From positions 241,834-305,833 of IMG/VR virus record IMGVR_UViG_3300009093_000034: a DNA stretch of 64,000 bases, one strand, 5' to 3'. The translations under genes were made by a program, and so were the position numbers. The notes below the pieces were generated by a model that was not told the DNA's origin, made no database searches, and saw nothing but the letters and a program-made list of their open reading frames with translations. Below, piece after piece: positions 1 to 9,318 of the stretch; position 1 is the first letter of the stretch; every line of letters starts with the position of its first letter.

Positions 1-174
1 TCAGAGTTCTTAAAAAGAATAATTTCCGGTCCAGGAGAAAAACCTAAGAACATCAGCAAAGAACAAATGACCAAACTCTATAAAGAGTGTTGTAGGCCCT
101 TCAAGATTATTCTCCAACAGAAATTTTCCTTTGAGATGCAAAATCTGGGTTTACTCGTATTCGAGAATTTATAA
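1..174 (+). CDS. Hypothetical protein, 5'-truncated by window edge; paralog of next gene
   Basis: Frame 1 is open from base 1 to TAA 172-174 and ends RPFKIILQQKFSFEMQNLGLLVFENL, resembling the end of 176..478. Confidence 0.6.
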   Translation, partial: SEFLKRIISGPGEKPKNISKEQMTKLYKECCRPFKIILQQKFSFEMQNLGLLVFENL

Positions 175-175
175 A

Positions 176-478
176 ATGACACACGAAAATTTTACCTATT
201 TGAGATTAAACTCAGATATTGTACACGCCCTGTTCTCAGAGTTTTCTCAAAAGACTGAAGAGTTGTTGGACTGTGATTCGTTCTACTCTGATGAGGTTTA
301 CCAGGCCTTTGAAAGAGAGACACATCATCGGTACTCATATTCTAGCCTGAAGTACATGGAAGGCGGTTCTGATGAAGAGTGTGAACTCTATCGGAAAAGA
401 ATGCTCTTAGCTAGAGAAAACTTTGAGAATATCCTCAGAAAAAAGTTTGCATGGGAAATGCAAACAATAGGAGTTTGA
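176..478 (+). CDS. Hypothetical protein
   Basis: Track ORF 131..478; ATG 176 directly follows the upstream stop. Confidence 0.7.
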   Translation: MTHENFTYLRLNSDIVHALFSEFSQKTEELLDCDSFYSDEVYQAFERETHHRYSYSSLKYMEGGSDEECELYRKRMLLARENFENILRKKFAWEMQTIGV

Positions 479-480
479 AC

Positions 481-1410
481 ATGCGCAAGTTTTTGGTGCT
501 GGTAGGAATCTTGTTCCTTCTGGCTTCGGTTGACGCTTTCGCCAAGGGCGGATTTAGTTCTGGAGGTGGACGTTCGTTCTCTTCCTCTTCTTCCATCCGT
601 CTCAGCAGCCCGTCAAGGTCTCTCAGTAGCCCTTCCCTCAAGTTGGGAAGTAGCCCCAGTCGTCCGTCTCTGATCAAGTCCCCGAGTCTTTCGGGTTCGA
701 CCGGATCGAGTGGTTTGTCAAGCACAGGCTCTTTGAAGCTCAGTGGTAATGGTTTCACTAAGACCACGAACCCTTTCACTGCAAGGCCTGCTACTTCGAC
801 CACCTCGACTCTGTCGTTGAACGGTGGACGCTCTACCACTTCGACCATCCCTCTGGTTGGTTATCCCAGGTCTCTCTATACTCCTTCAGTTTCTGTGGGT
901 GTAGGGATCGGCGTTCCTCCTCCGTATTACTACGGACACACTCGTGGCGGTTTGGTCATTGTTCCTACCCTCTACGATACCCAGTACGCCTACTTTCCTC
1001 ACTACTACGGTTACGGAACTGCCCTCCCCGTCGTGAACACTTACGACAATAACGGTTACCAGGAAGCTGTGTTCAATTTCGACAATGTCGGTACCATCAA
1101 GGTTGCCGCTTACCAGCCTGTTGATTCTCTTCAGCAGACCGACAAGGGAGTGATCATCACTCTCAAGGGAACCCCGTACACCTTCGAAGCTAAGAAGGCC
1201 AACTGGCTGTTCTTCTACGCCGATACCCAGACCGTTAAGGTTGCCAACGGTATCGTGTCCTCCTCTGGTCTCGATTGGGGAGCAGCGATCTTCGGAGGAA
1301 TCCTTTTGATTCTGGTGTTGATCGTGGTCCTCTCTGTTGTTGGTTACTTCATTAAGGAGTGGCTTCAGAACAGAGAGTACGACAACCGTACGACCTTCGG
1401 AAGGTGGTAA
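481..1410 (+). CDS. Membrane-anchored Ser/Gly-rich low-complexity protein with signal peptide
   Basis: SD TAGGAG before ATG 481; signal peptide MRKFLVLVGILFLLASVDAFA; GGFSSGGGRSFSSSSS linker; C-terminal TM helix. Confidence 0.8.
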   Translation: MRKFLVLVGILFLLASVDAFAKGGFSSGGGRSFSSSSSIRLSSPSRSLSSPSLKLGSSPSRPSLIKSPSLSGSTGSSGLSSTGSLKLSGNGFTKTTNPFTARPATSTTSTLSLNGGRSTTSTIPLVGYPRSLYTPSVSVGVGIGVPPPYYYGHTRGGLVIVPTLYDTQYAYFPHYYGYGTALPVVNTYDNNGYQEAVFNFDNVGTIKVAAYQPVDSLQQTDKGVIITLKGTPYTFEAKKANWLFFYADTQTVKVANGIVSSSGLDWGAAIFGGILLILVLIVVLSVVGYFIKEWLQNREYDNRTTFGRW

Positions 1411-1412
1411 CC

Positions 1413-1664
1413 GTGGACAACAACACTCAGAAGTACTTCATCGCTTCCTACCTTTCCTACGCGAACATCGACGACTATGGTGACTTCACCTATACGTTGA
1501 CCACGCAGGAAGTTTGGGCTGATACCCCTGAAGAGGTTGTTGGTCTCCTTGAGACCCATCACAACTTTGCTCGGGTTCGTCCCATCGACTACAACAACAT
1601 CCAGGTCTTGGAGATCTCTCCGAAGACCGCTGAGGAGATCATCGCTCGAAGCCCGATGATCTAA
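1413..1664 (+). CDS. Hypothetical protein
   Basis: GTG just after the upstream stop; within track ORF 1359..1664. Confidence 0.6.
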   Translation: MDNNTQKYFIASYLSYANIDDYGDFTYTLTTQEVWADTPEEVVGLLETHHNFARVRPIDYNNIQVLEISPKTAEEIIARSPMI

Positions 1665-1671
1665 GAACAAC

Positions 1672-2118
1672 ATGAGACTAAGACAGTTTGACTACACGAG
1701 CCTTGAAACCTTCTATGAGTTTGGACAAAAATACTTCAAGTCTCGTGTAGGCTCTGTTGCCGTTTTTAACAAGACCAAAAGAATCCTCCCTAGTTATAGG
1801 GAGTGGGTTCCTGATCCTTTTACCTGTGCTATGCTGGGCAAGAAGTATCAGGAACCTACTCATCTTAATTGCAATGAAGTTGATGAGAACGGGAATTGGG
1901 GTAAAGATTTATCCATTCCTTTCTCAGAGATCGAATCCCTCGAGTGGGAAGAAGTTCTACGAGAGCAAGAGAGTTGGGCCAAAGAGGAAGCTCTTTGGAG
2001 AAAGAAAAACCCTCCTCAACTAGAACTTAACTTAGACAACCCAAACCATGAACCAGACATAGAGTACATTTGTTTGTCATACGTCCCCTTCTATTCCACA
2101 AAGGAACTCTCAGCATGA
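1672..2118 (+). CDS. Hypothetical protein
   Basis: ORF track; tight packing with neighbours. Confidence 0.65.
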   Translation: MRLRQFDYTSLETFYEFGQKYFKSRVGSVAVFNKTKRILPSYREWVPDPFTCAMLGKKYQEPTHLNCNEVDENGNWGKDLSIPFSEIESLEWEEVLREQESWAKEEALWRKKNPPQLELNLDNPNHEPDIEYICLSYVPFYSTKELSA

Positions 2119-2459
2119 AATTTATCGTCTTAGCCCTTTTTCTTGTCTTAACTTCTTGCGGAGGACACCCTCCAGTTTCGACCTTAAGTCCCCAACAAAA
2201 ACTTCAACTCTTGGATAGACGATGGTGGGGAGATGGCTTCGGACAGTCTTATGACTACACCTTTAGTGAAAGATTGTCTCTTCTGACTCCTCCTGTGATC
2301 TTCTACAAAGAAGCGCCCATCGTGAGCAGAGGAGTCTCGGATTATACTAAGGTCTATCTTCAAGACGCCAACGGTGCAATCCTTACGATGAGCTTTCCGT
2401 TAGAAGATGCGTGGTTGAAAGCCTTCAAGGTTGGCGACGTGATTGTAAAGGAAAAGTGA
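2115..2459 (+). CDS. Putative lipoprotein
   Basis: ATGA overlap start; MKFIVLALFLVLTSC lipobox-type signal. Confidence 0.6.
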   Translation: MKFIVLALFLVLTSCGGHPPVSTLSPQQKLQLLDRRWWGDGFGQSYDYTFSERLSLLTPPVIFYKEAPIVSRGVSDYTKVYLQDANGAILTMSFPLEDAWLKAFKVGDVIVKEK

Positions 2460-3313
2460 AAGTGCTTAAGTACAACGTCAATGACCGGGTGGTCATCAAG
2501 TCTTTAGAAGAAATTCAAAAGTGTGAAGAGTACTCTAATGCTAATGCAGCTGGAGAAGAAGTAGAAAGATTCATATCCGACATGGAACCATTTTGTGGTT
2601 GTGTGTTAACTATTTCATCAAAAGGATTTGAATCAGATCAAGCTCCATCCTACTCTGTTTTAGAACCTGGAGCAAGTAGATGGCATTGGCAAGATTGGAT
2701 GATCTCCCGTCTTGCTGAACATGTTGAACCAGACAAACCTTGGCCTAGGATCAAGACCATGATCATTGACCAAGGTAGAGACGACCAAGATCATCTTCGT
2801 CAAGATGAAGGAGTCTATCGTATTCGATACGATATTTCCTACATCGCTATCGCTCCTTCCAAAGACGGAGCCATCTTGATTGGAAGCCCCGTTCACATTG
2901 AAAGTTCAGGTGATGGTGAGTACACTCTATGGGGTATCATGAGGGTGGGAACAAGACATCCTTACCCTGTCAATGACGTCCGTCACTTTAACAGTCACTC
3001 GGATTTGAAAAAAGCTCTGGAAGGCGTCGAGGTCATCCTTGACAAGGCCTACGCAAGAAAGAAAATTGACCTTCTCCAAGCAGAGATCACGAAGCTAGAG
3101 GAAGACTACAAGCTCTACTCTATCGGAGACGATACTAGAGAAGGTCTTTTTGCTGGATATATCTCAAGTGCTGAAGAACTCTCTAAGTTCCCAGGAATAG
3201 AGAACAGTTGGATCGAAGCCTCAATCTCTTTCAAAGGCGGAGTCAATGGTCTGAGAGATGTCAAGATCGGAGATCGTTTCAAGTTCTGGGACAAGGCATG
3301 GCATCCACTATGA
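2456..3313 (+). CDS. Hypothetical protein with N-terminal SH3-like phage domain
   Basis: GTGA overlap; YNVNDRVVIKS...FISDMEPFCGCVLTI...WHWQDWMI pattern common in phage proteins. Confidence 0.6.
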   Translation: MKVLKYNVNDRVVIKSLEEIQKCEEYSNANAAGEEVERFISDMEPFCGCVLTISSKGFESDQAPSYSVLEPGASRWHWQDWMISRLAEHVEPDKPWPRIKTMIIDQGRDDQDHLRQDEGVYRIRYDISYIAIAPSKDGAILIGSPVHIESSGDGEYTLWGIMRVGTRHPYPVNDVRHFNSHSDLKKALEGVEVILDKAYARKKIDLLQAEITKLEEDYKLYSIGDDTREGLFAGYISSAEELSKFPGIENSWIEASISFKGGVNGLRDVKIGDRFKFWDKAWHPL

Positions 3314-4194
3314 TTGACTATGTGATGAAACAAAAACCCAAGGCCTTCATCTGCCAAGACTACATCGTTGTCGACATCTTTGACTTCGGTGCAAAGTTTC
3401 AGATCCCTTTCATTGCCGTTACAGACGGTTGTACAGGTGGCCAAAGGACAGAGACTGGAAGCCAGTTGCTCTGTCACATCTCAAGGATCGAAACCCTCAA
3501 GTATCTTGAGGAGTGGGACCTTGGACGTCCTGACACTGGTTTTGGTCGATCAGACCTTCTTGAGATCTTGAACAGGATTCAAAACAAGTTGACAGCGATC
3601 TCGACAGAGTTGAGCTTCAACTATGATCAGTTGCTTGCTACTCTTCAATTTCTGTTCATCATTGACAACCATGTCTATGGTATCAGGTCTGGGGACGGTG
3701 TGATGTTCACCTTCGATAAGAAGAAGATCATCAGAACCTCAGTGATCGAGTACACTCCTAACATGCCAAACTACTTGGCTTATAGAACCAACCCTGTTGC
3801 TTGGAGAGATCTTAGAACCACGGTTCATGGAGATCCTTACAGACCTTGTTTCAAAACCGTAACAACGTATGAGAGCACAGCTACCGAACCTACTACGACA
3901 GAAGACAGACAAGACTACTTTGAGATCACTTTCATTGATGAAGAGTTAAGCCCTGATTTAACCCATATCGGACTTGCTTCCGATGGCGTTGAGTCCTACA
4001 TGAACGAGAGTTCGAATCAAGGAATTCCTGTTTGGGGTTTGATCAAAGAACTCTCTGAGATCAAGAACCCTGAAGGAAACTTCTTGGTCCGAAGATTTCA
4101 GAAGATGGACAAGGGCTATCACTCAGCTGGCTTTGAGAACAAAGACGACGTAGCTATTGCCATGATCGATCTAGAAGCTTACAGAAGACTTTGA
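3310..4194 (+). CDS. PP2C-family protein phosphatase (YegK/PphC-like)
   Basis: Motifs CQDY, VTDGCTGG, SGDG, LASDG, DDVAIA; ATGA overlap at 3310. Confidence 0.8.
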   Translation: MIDYVMKQKPKAFICQDYIVVDIFDFGAKFQIPFIAVTDGCTGGQRTETGSQLLCHISRIETLKYLEEWDLGRPDTGFGRSDLLEILNRIQNKLTAISTELSFNYDQLLATLQFLFIIDNHVYGIRSGDGVMFTFDKKKIIRTSVIEYTPNMPNYLAYRTNPVAWRDLRTTVHGDPYRPCFKTVTTYESTATEPTTTEDRQDYFEITFIDEELSPDLTHIGLASDGVESYMNESSNQGIPVWGLIKELSEIKNPEGNFLVRRFQKMDKGYHSAGFENKDDVAIAMIDLEAYRRL

Positions 4195-4195
4195 C

Positions 4196-4480
4196 ATGGA
4201 ACAAACTTGCGATACTTGTTTCTTTTGTAGGGACATAATTGTAGGATCCAGTTGTTTTGGAAGATGGCCAGCTAGAGAGATCACAAGTTGTATTGTAGGT
4301 CGTGAAGGCGATCGTTTTCCAAAACCTGTTCCCGTTTCTAAATCAAACACTTGTCACAAGTGGGCTTCCAAGAACGAAAAATTCAAGATTCAAAAATTGC
4401 TAGATGGTAGAGGAATTTGGACACCAGCAGAAAAATGGGTCCCACCTTATAATCCAGAGAGGTCTAAGTACTATGACTAA
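4196..4480 (+). CDS. Small Cys-rich hypothetical protein
   Basis: CDTCFFC, C, C and CHKW; lies between phosphatase and kinase. Confidence 0.6.
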   Translation: MEQTCDTCFFCRDIIVGSSCFGRWPAREITSCIVGREGDRFPKPVPVSKSNTCHKWASKNEKFKIQKLLDGRGIWTPAEKWVPPYNPERSKYYD

Positions 4481-6155
4481 AACAGTTGTCTACCAAAACA
4501 AGAACATCGTTCTCTCTGATAGCAACTACCTCTCTGCAGGTGGAGAAGGAGAGATCTATCTCAAAGGTGGAGTGATCTTCAAGATCTACACCAAGCCTGT
4601 GAATCCTCAGCTTCTTGACAAGATCAAAGAACTCTCGGTTTTGGATCGGCCGAACATCATCAGGCCTCTAGAGTTAATCTTTGATCCAAACACAAATCAA
4701 CCTGTTGGTTACACCATGGCCTACGCAGATAACAGCGTTGGTCTTCCTCTTCTCTTCACCACTTCCTTCTTAGACCGGACCAACATCAGTCTTAAGTCAA
4801 TCCAAGAGTTGATCGAAGAGATGGCCAAGACCTTGGCCTTCATCCACTCGAAACAGGTCTTGGTGGTCGACCATAACGAGAACAACATTCTAGTCTCCAA
4901 GGGAAAGAAGTACACACAACCTTACTTCATCGATGTTGATAGTTGGCAGACTTCCAGGTTTCCTGCTACTGCCATCATGCCATCGATCAAGGACTTCAGA
5001 GCTTCAAAGTTTAGTGAGTTCACCGATTGGTACTCTCACGCCGTTCTCTCGTTTCAACTCTTGACAGGCATCCACCCTTACAAGGGAAAGCATGACGTCT
5101 TCAAGAACATTGAAGAACGAAGAAAGAACTTGGTCTCTGTGTTCCATAAGGATGTCCGTCTCCCAGCTTCGGTAAGAGACTTTGCCAACATCCCTCCTGC
5201 TTACCGATCATTGTATGAAGATATCTTCGACAAGGGTCTTGAGGTTCTTCCTCCAGCCATGGTCGCTACTCCTACTGTCAGAATCAAGAGAAAGTACTCG
5301 AACGTTCACTTCATCGTTGAGAAGATCCTTGAGACCAAGGAACCTATCGTCTACAGCGAGTGGATCAACGGGACTCTTGTGGCTGCCACAGAACATTACG
5401 TCTATGTTAACAAGGTTGAGTACAACAGACCTACACCTGATGCCAAGGTTTTCTTTGGAGACGAGGGAGGTCTTTACTTTGCCTTTATGGAAAATGGAGA
5501 CCTGACCATTCAGCCGGTGAAGAAAGGTGAAAATGTCAAGGACATCTATATCAAGCCTACGAAGCTCTTCACCATTGGTGGACGATTGTACGCTCTTGAT
5601 ATTGGACGGCTCTATGAGTTCTCTCTTCGTGAGAAGATGAATGTCTTAATCACTGTGATGTCTCCTATGATCAACACCTTGTCTACCAAGGTTTACGATC
5701 AAGTGGTTCACACAGAGATGTTCGGAGAGAAGTACTTCTACTGTTTGCCTGCAACCAAGACCTTCGTTCCTTTTCACGCTAAGGGTTTGAAAGAATACAA
5801 GATCTGGGATGCTCAAATGAGAGGAACAAGACTCCAGATCATCGCTACTACGAAGACTGGTGATCCTGTCATCATCACTTATCAGCTCAGCAAGACCTGG
5901 GACAAAGGGCTCTTGATGAACCAAGAGCCTCTCCCGGCTATTCGAGAGTTGAACTCGATCACCATTGCTAATGGGATGGTAGTTGATTACGATGCAGATG
6001 ACGATCAAGTGAAGATCACAAGTGCAGACCTTACTCAAGAGAAGATCATCAAAGATGCTGGTCTTCCTCAAGGTGCTCAATTGGTTTCTGGTTCGACAAG
6101 CGTATACTACCAAGTAGACAACGAGGTCAGAAAGATCTCGATGAAACAACCATGA
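4473..6155 (+). CDS. Ser/Thr protein kinase (YegI-like) with C-terminal beta-rich domain
   Basis: Gly loop SAGGEGEIY, FKIY, catalytic loop VDHNENNILV, IDVDSW in place of DFG, LLTGIHPY. Confidence 0.85.
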   Translation: MTKTVVYQNKNIVLSDSNYLSAGGEGEIYLKGGVIFKIYTKPVNPQLLDKIKELSVLDRPNIIRPLELIFDPNTNQPVGYTMAYADNSVGLPLLFTTSFLDRTNISLKSIQELIEEMAKTLAFIHSKQVLVVDHNENNILVSKGKKYTQPYFIDVDSWQTSRFPATAIMPSIKDFRASKFSEFTDWYSHAVLSFQLLTGIHPYKGKHDVFKNIEERRKNLVSVFHKDVRLPASVRDFANIPPAYRSLYEDIFDKGLEVLPPAMVATPTVRIKRKYSNVHFIVEKILETKEPIVYSEWINGTLVAATEHYVYVNKVEYNRPTPDAKVFFGDEGGLYFAFMENGDLTIQPVKKGENVKDIYIKPTKLFTIGGRLYALDIGRLYEFSLREKMNVLITVMSPMINTLSTKVYDQVVHTEMFGEKYFYCLPATKTFVPFHAKGLKEYKIWDAQMRGTRLQIIATTKTGDPVIITYQLSKTWDKGLLMNQEPLPAIRELNSITIANGMVVDYDADDDQVKITSADLTQEKIIKDAGLPQGAQLVSGSTSVYYQVDNEVRKISMKQP

Positions 6156-6256
6156 AAATCGTGAATAAGAAAAAGTCAAAACAAAAAGTTGAATTTCAAG
6201 AGATCGCTGAAGGCGTTTACCGAGTCATTCGAAAACGACCAAGGAAAAGAAAATGA
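6152..6256 (+). CDS. 34-aa basic peptide (below ORF-track cutoff)
   Basis: ATGA overlaps at both ends; MKIVNKKKSKQKVEFQEIAEGVYRVIRKRPRKRK. Confidence 0.5.
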   Translation: MKIVNKKKSKQKVEFQEIAEGVYRVIRKRPRKRK

Positions 6257-6621
6257 AAGCATCGTTTTTTACAGCAAAGGTTTTGGGGGCAGTAATTGTA
6301 GATATTGCCAGAATCGAAGAAGCTGTTAAACAACATCGTGATCTTCATGGCAGATATCTAGCTATCAGGCACGCTAAGATCGCAGATGATCCCATGTGGG
6401 ATAGTTCATCTCACCAAAAGTCCACGAGTTATTCTGAGGTCTTAGAGTCTTTGATAAAGAAGAAAAATCTTCTAGAAGGAACTGACCAAGAAAAGATCTC
6501 CATCAGTGAAAATGAGTACGACGAGATCTTTACTCAAGAGTATCCTCTTCTTCATACTGAAGACTTCGTAAAACACATTGAAGCAATTGAAGGAAAGTTG
6601 GAAAAAACTAAAAGGTCTTGA
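6253..6621 (+). CDS. Hypothetical protein
   Basis: ORF track; ATGA overlap. Confidence 0.65.
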   Translation: MKASFFTAKVLGAVIVDIARIEEAVKQHRDLHGRYLAIRHAKIADDPMWDSSSHQKSTSYSEVLESLIKKKNLLEGTDQEKISISENEYDEIFTQEYPLLHTEDFVKHIEAIEGKLEKTKRS

Positions 6622-6630
6622 GATATTGTA
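6619..6630 (+). promoter_or_regulatory. Early-type promoter motif TGAGATATTGTA, copy 1
   Basis: Exact 12-mer, also at 9285, 16584, 26928, 27322, 58047; followed by AAGGAG and ATG 6651. Confidence 0.75.
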
Positions 6631-6650
6631 CTCCGCAAGGAGTACCGAAA

Positions 6651-7451
6651 ATGGGCCAAACGAGCTATGGACGTGTAAAGGCTGAGATGGACATCGGAAC
6701 CTCGATGCCCTCCGGTCGCATGATCAAGGAAGGAACTCTCGGAGAGATTGTGTCTTTCGACGACAACAGTCTTACTGTCAAGTTCAAGGGTCATGGTCCT
6801 CTTCATTCTTTCGATCGCGGAAGCTATATGCTTCGCTATGCTCCTCGGCTCGCTTCTCACGGCACTCTCGACGCGGTCGAGATCATCACCATATTCGGTA
6901 TTTCGGACAAAGCATGGGAACGTCTTCCCAGCCTCTACAAGCATCTTCGCTTGAGCCGTACAACGGCTTCCAAGAGAGGTTTCTACGACCGTCTGGTGGA
7001 GTACAACAAGCCGATCAGTGACCATATCCATGGTGCTCTGACGGATGCAGGTTTTGCCAATGGCGAGCCTGCTAAGAACACACCTGAAGCGAACCCTGAT
7101 GCTGCTTTTTGGTGGGCTTTGTACAACACCTGGTGCAACATTGTCTACTCCCCCAACCACATGTCCATCCATCCCAACCATCACTCGACGGCTTTCGATC
7201 GTAACGAAGCCCTGATCGCCGAGATTGAGTATCTCATCGATTCGATGGAGCTGATTGGCAAGACCAAGAAGTTCATTCGTAAGATGATCGATACTGATTT
7301 CTACGAGAACGGGGTTCACGATCCTCGAGACCAGAAGAACCGCCTTGTGGCCTTGATTCAGGCTTACCTGAAGATCGAGATCAATCAGGCTCACAAGTTC
7401 CTCAAGGATCACTTCCCTGAGATCGACGCTAAGATCGGCGGAGAGTGGTGA
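6651..7451 (+). CDS. Hypothetical early protein
   Basis: True start ATG 6651 (SD AAGGAG 6637-6642); the track's 6618 start lies inside the promoter. Confidence 0.8.
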   Translation: MGQTSYGRVKAEMDIGTSMPSGRMIKEGTLGEIVSFDDNSLTVKFKGHGPLHSFDRGSYMLRYAPRLASHGTLDAVEIITIFGISDKAWERLPSLYKHLRLSRTTASKRGFYDRLVEYNKPISDHIHGALTDAGFANGEPAKNTPEANPDAAFWWALYNTWCNIVYSPNHMSIHPNHHSTAFDRNEALIAEIEYLIDSMELIGKTKKFIRKMIDTDFYENGVHDPRDQKNRLVALIQAYLKIEINQAHKFLKDHFPEIDAKIGGEW

Positions 7452-7672
7452 AAGTCCTTTTGATCGTTGTGATCCTCTTGATTCTTTCTCCGATCCACAT
7501 TCACATTTCGTTCTAAGAGGTTTTTCATTATGGCCAAACAACCGAAACGTGAAAGACTTTGGAACTTTGTAGAAGATCTTTCTAACTTTCTTTATTCGTT
7601 TGGAGATCTCCTTCCTGCTATTATCCAGTGGATCGTCTCTATCTTTGAAAACTTTTCGTAAAGGCTAACACC

Positions 7673-8065
7673 ATGGATTCCAGAATCGAAGAACTGATTG
7701 ATTATTGTTTTTCTCTTGGTCAAGGTGGTTGGAACAACACCGAAGACAAAACCTATTACATGACTCAGGCTCTGGCAAAAGCCAAGGAGTTGAAACTGAA
7801 TCCTCTTCCTGGTCCAGCTTTCGCGGCCTCGAGTCCTGAGTACGAACCCGACTATGCTTTTACTCGTGAAGAGCAGATCGGAAAGTTCGCGGTAGATGCT
7901 ACCGACTTGGAAGAGCTTCCCATGGGGGAGTGGAAAAAAGTTCTCGAAGCTTATGAGCATTTTGGACGAGTGAAGGCTCTTCAGGTCGCCTACGGCCTCA
8001 AAGAGTGGACCTACAAAGAAACAGTTCGAGCTGTAGACAGGATCATCTATCGAGGTAAGGTATGA
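7673..8065 (+). CDS. Hypothetical protein
   Basis: ORF track; SD-like AAGG. Confidence 0.65.
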   Translation: MDSRIEELIDYCFSLGQGGWNNTEDKTYYMTQALAKAKELKLNPLPGPAFAASSPEYEPDYAFTREEQIGKFAVDATDLEELPMGEWKKVLEAYEHFGRVKALQVAYGLKEWTYKETVRAVDRIIYRGKV

Positions 8066-8586
8066 GAAAGACCATTCTTGTTTGGGTGACCAGAGACTCT
8101 TCCTGGAACATGGCCTCAGATCCTGAAAGGATCGAGATCAAGATTGATCAAGACTTGAGCTTCATGCACAAGGGAGATCAGTTTGAACTCTCCTCAGAAC
8201 TTCGAAGTCGTCTGATCTCTGAGAACCCTAAACACGTCAAGTGGATCAAGAGTTCTGAGTTCAAAAATTGGAGTCTTGTGATCCAGGCTCTTTATTACAT
8301 GGAGAGTGATGTTTGGATCATCGCTCTTGGAGAGGTTCTTCAAGAGACCGGTCCTGTGTACCCTCCTCAGTGCAAGAGAAACAGAACTACGATCGAAGAA
8401 GAGATCGAGAAAATTCAAGATGTTCTTAACTCTTCTGAATACAGTAGATTGATGTCTTGGTACACTTACAAAGATCGTTTCTCTTTCACCATTCGAGAGT
8501 ACTGTAAGTTTACCAACTCTGAACCTGATGAAGCCATCTACTTCTTGATGAAGTACTTTCCTGATACCTTCGACAAAAAGATGTGA
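8062..8586 (+). CDS. Hypothetical protein
   Basis: ATGA overlap. Confidence 0.65.
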   Translation: MRKTILVWVTRDSSWNMASDPERIEIKIDQDLSFMHKGDQFELSSELRSRLISENPKHVKWIKSSEFKNWSLVIQALYYMESDVWIIALGEVLQETGPVYPPQCKRNRTTIEEEIEKIQDVLNSSEYSRLMSWYTYKDRFSFTIREYCKFTNSEPDEAIYFLMKYFPDTFDKKM

Positions 8587-8593
8587 GGACTCT

Positions 8594-8908
8594 ATGAACA
8601 ATACCGTTTTTGGAAAAAAGATCGATTTCAAAGAAGCTCTCAAAAAAATGGAAATGTCTGAGCTTCAGCCTGAACCTGAGATCAAAGATCATCCGATGGA
8701 AGTTACTGCTACAATCGAATATGATCCATCTTGGACATGTTTGGTCTATTCAGGTGATGATGAAATCGAAAAAGAACTAACAAAATTAGGATTTGTTCCT
8801 GGAAGTCTGACCAACATCGAAGATCTTCAGATCCTTTTAGATAAAGGTTACGATATAGGTCTTCTTCCAGAAGATAAAAATGGTCACATGATGTTCATGG
8901 TGACTTGA
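8594..8908 (+). CDS. Hypothetical protein, paralog of 8916..9239
   Basis: ELTKLGFVPGSLTNIEDL...GYDIGLLPEDK. Confidence 0.7.
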   Translation: MNNTVFGKKIDFKEALKKMEMSELQPEPEIKDHPMEVTATIEYDPSWTCLVYSGDDEIEKELTKLGFVPGSLTNIEDLQILLDKGYDIGLLPEDKNGHMMFMVT

Positions 8909-8915
8909 GGTAATC

Positions 8916-9239
8916 ATGAAAAAGATCCAACTTGAAGGTTTCAAAATCACACCTGAAGAGATCATCAAAAGCTTTCCTTCTTTAGAGAAAAAAGAGGAAA
9001 GAGTACTTTTAGTGAACGCTCCTAGGACTAGTCTTTTCATGAAGGGTGTTATCCATGAGTATCATGGAGGGATCACCAAAGAACTGACAGCACTGGGGTT
9101 TGCTCCTGGTTCTATCGTAGATCTTCGTGAACTTCCACGTCTGCTTCAGAGTGGATATCGGGTGGCTCTTTTTCCTGACCCTGAAAAAGACCTTGTTTAC
9201 ATTGGGGTCACTCAGCACACTTCTTTTGGTGCAAGGTAA
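8916..9239 (+). CDS. Hypothetical protein, paralog of 8594..8908
   Basis: ELTALGFAPGSIVDLREL...GYRVALFPDPEK; SD GAGG. Confidence 0.7.
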   Translation: MKKIQLEGFKITPEEIIKSFPSLEKKEERVLLVNAPRTSLFMKGVIHEYHGGITKELTALGFAPGSIVDLRELPRLLQSGYRVALFPDPEKDLVYIGVTQHTSFGAR

Positions 9240-9248
9240 CTTACATTG

Positions 9249-9280
9249 AAAAGCTCCGATCTTCGGAGCTTTTTTCTTTT
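9249..9280 (+). terminator. Intrinsic terminator
   Basis: AAAAGCTCCG ATCTT CGGAGCTTTT followed by a T-tract. Confidence 0.8.
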
Positions 9281-9284
9281 TATA

Positions 9285-9296
9285 TGAGATATTGTA
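9285..9296 (+). promoter_or_regulatory. Early-type promoter motif, copy 2
   Basis: TGAGATATTGTA directly after a terminator; AAGGAGG then ATG 9319. Confidence 0.75.
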
Positions 9297-9318
9297 AAAG
9301 ACCCAAGGAGGCCTTTGA

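Noticed and set aside
6618-6650. Track start for the 277-aa ORF; likewise the extended starts at 27162, 4404, 3208, 2411
   Set aside because: These extensions run through promoters, terminators or upstream genes. Downstream starts have an SD or stop/start overlap.
6552-7541. 329-aa minus-strand ORF, and similar long antisense ORFs (14692..15852, 20219..20926, 49169..50071, 57390..58040)
   Set aside because: These shadow well-supported genes on the other strand, have no SD or motifs, and are expected from the strong codon bias.
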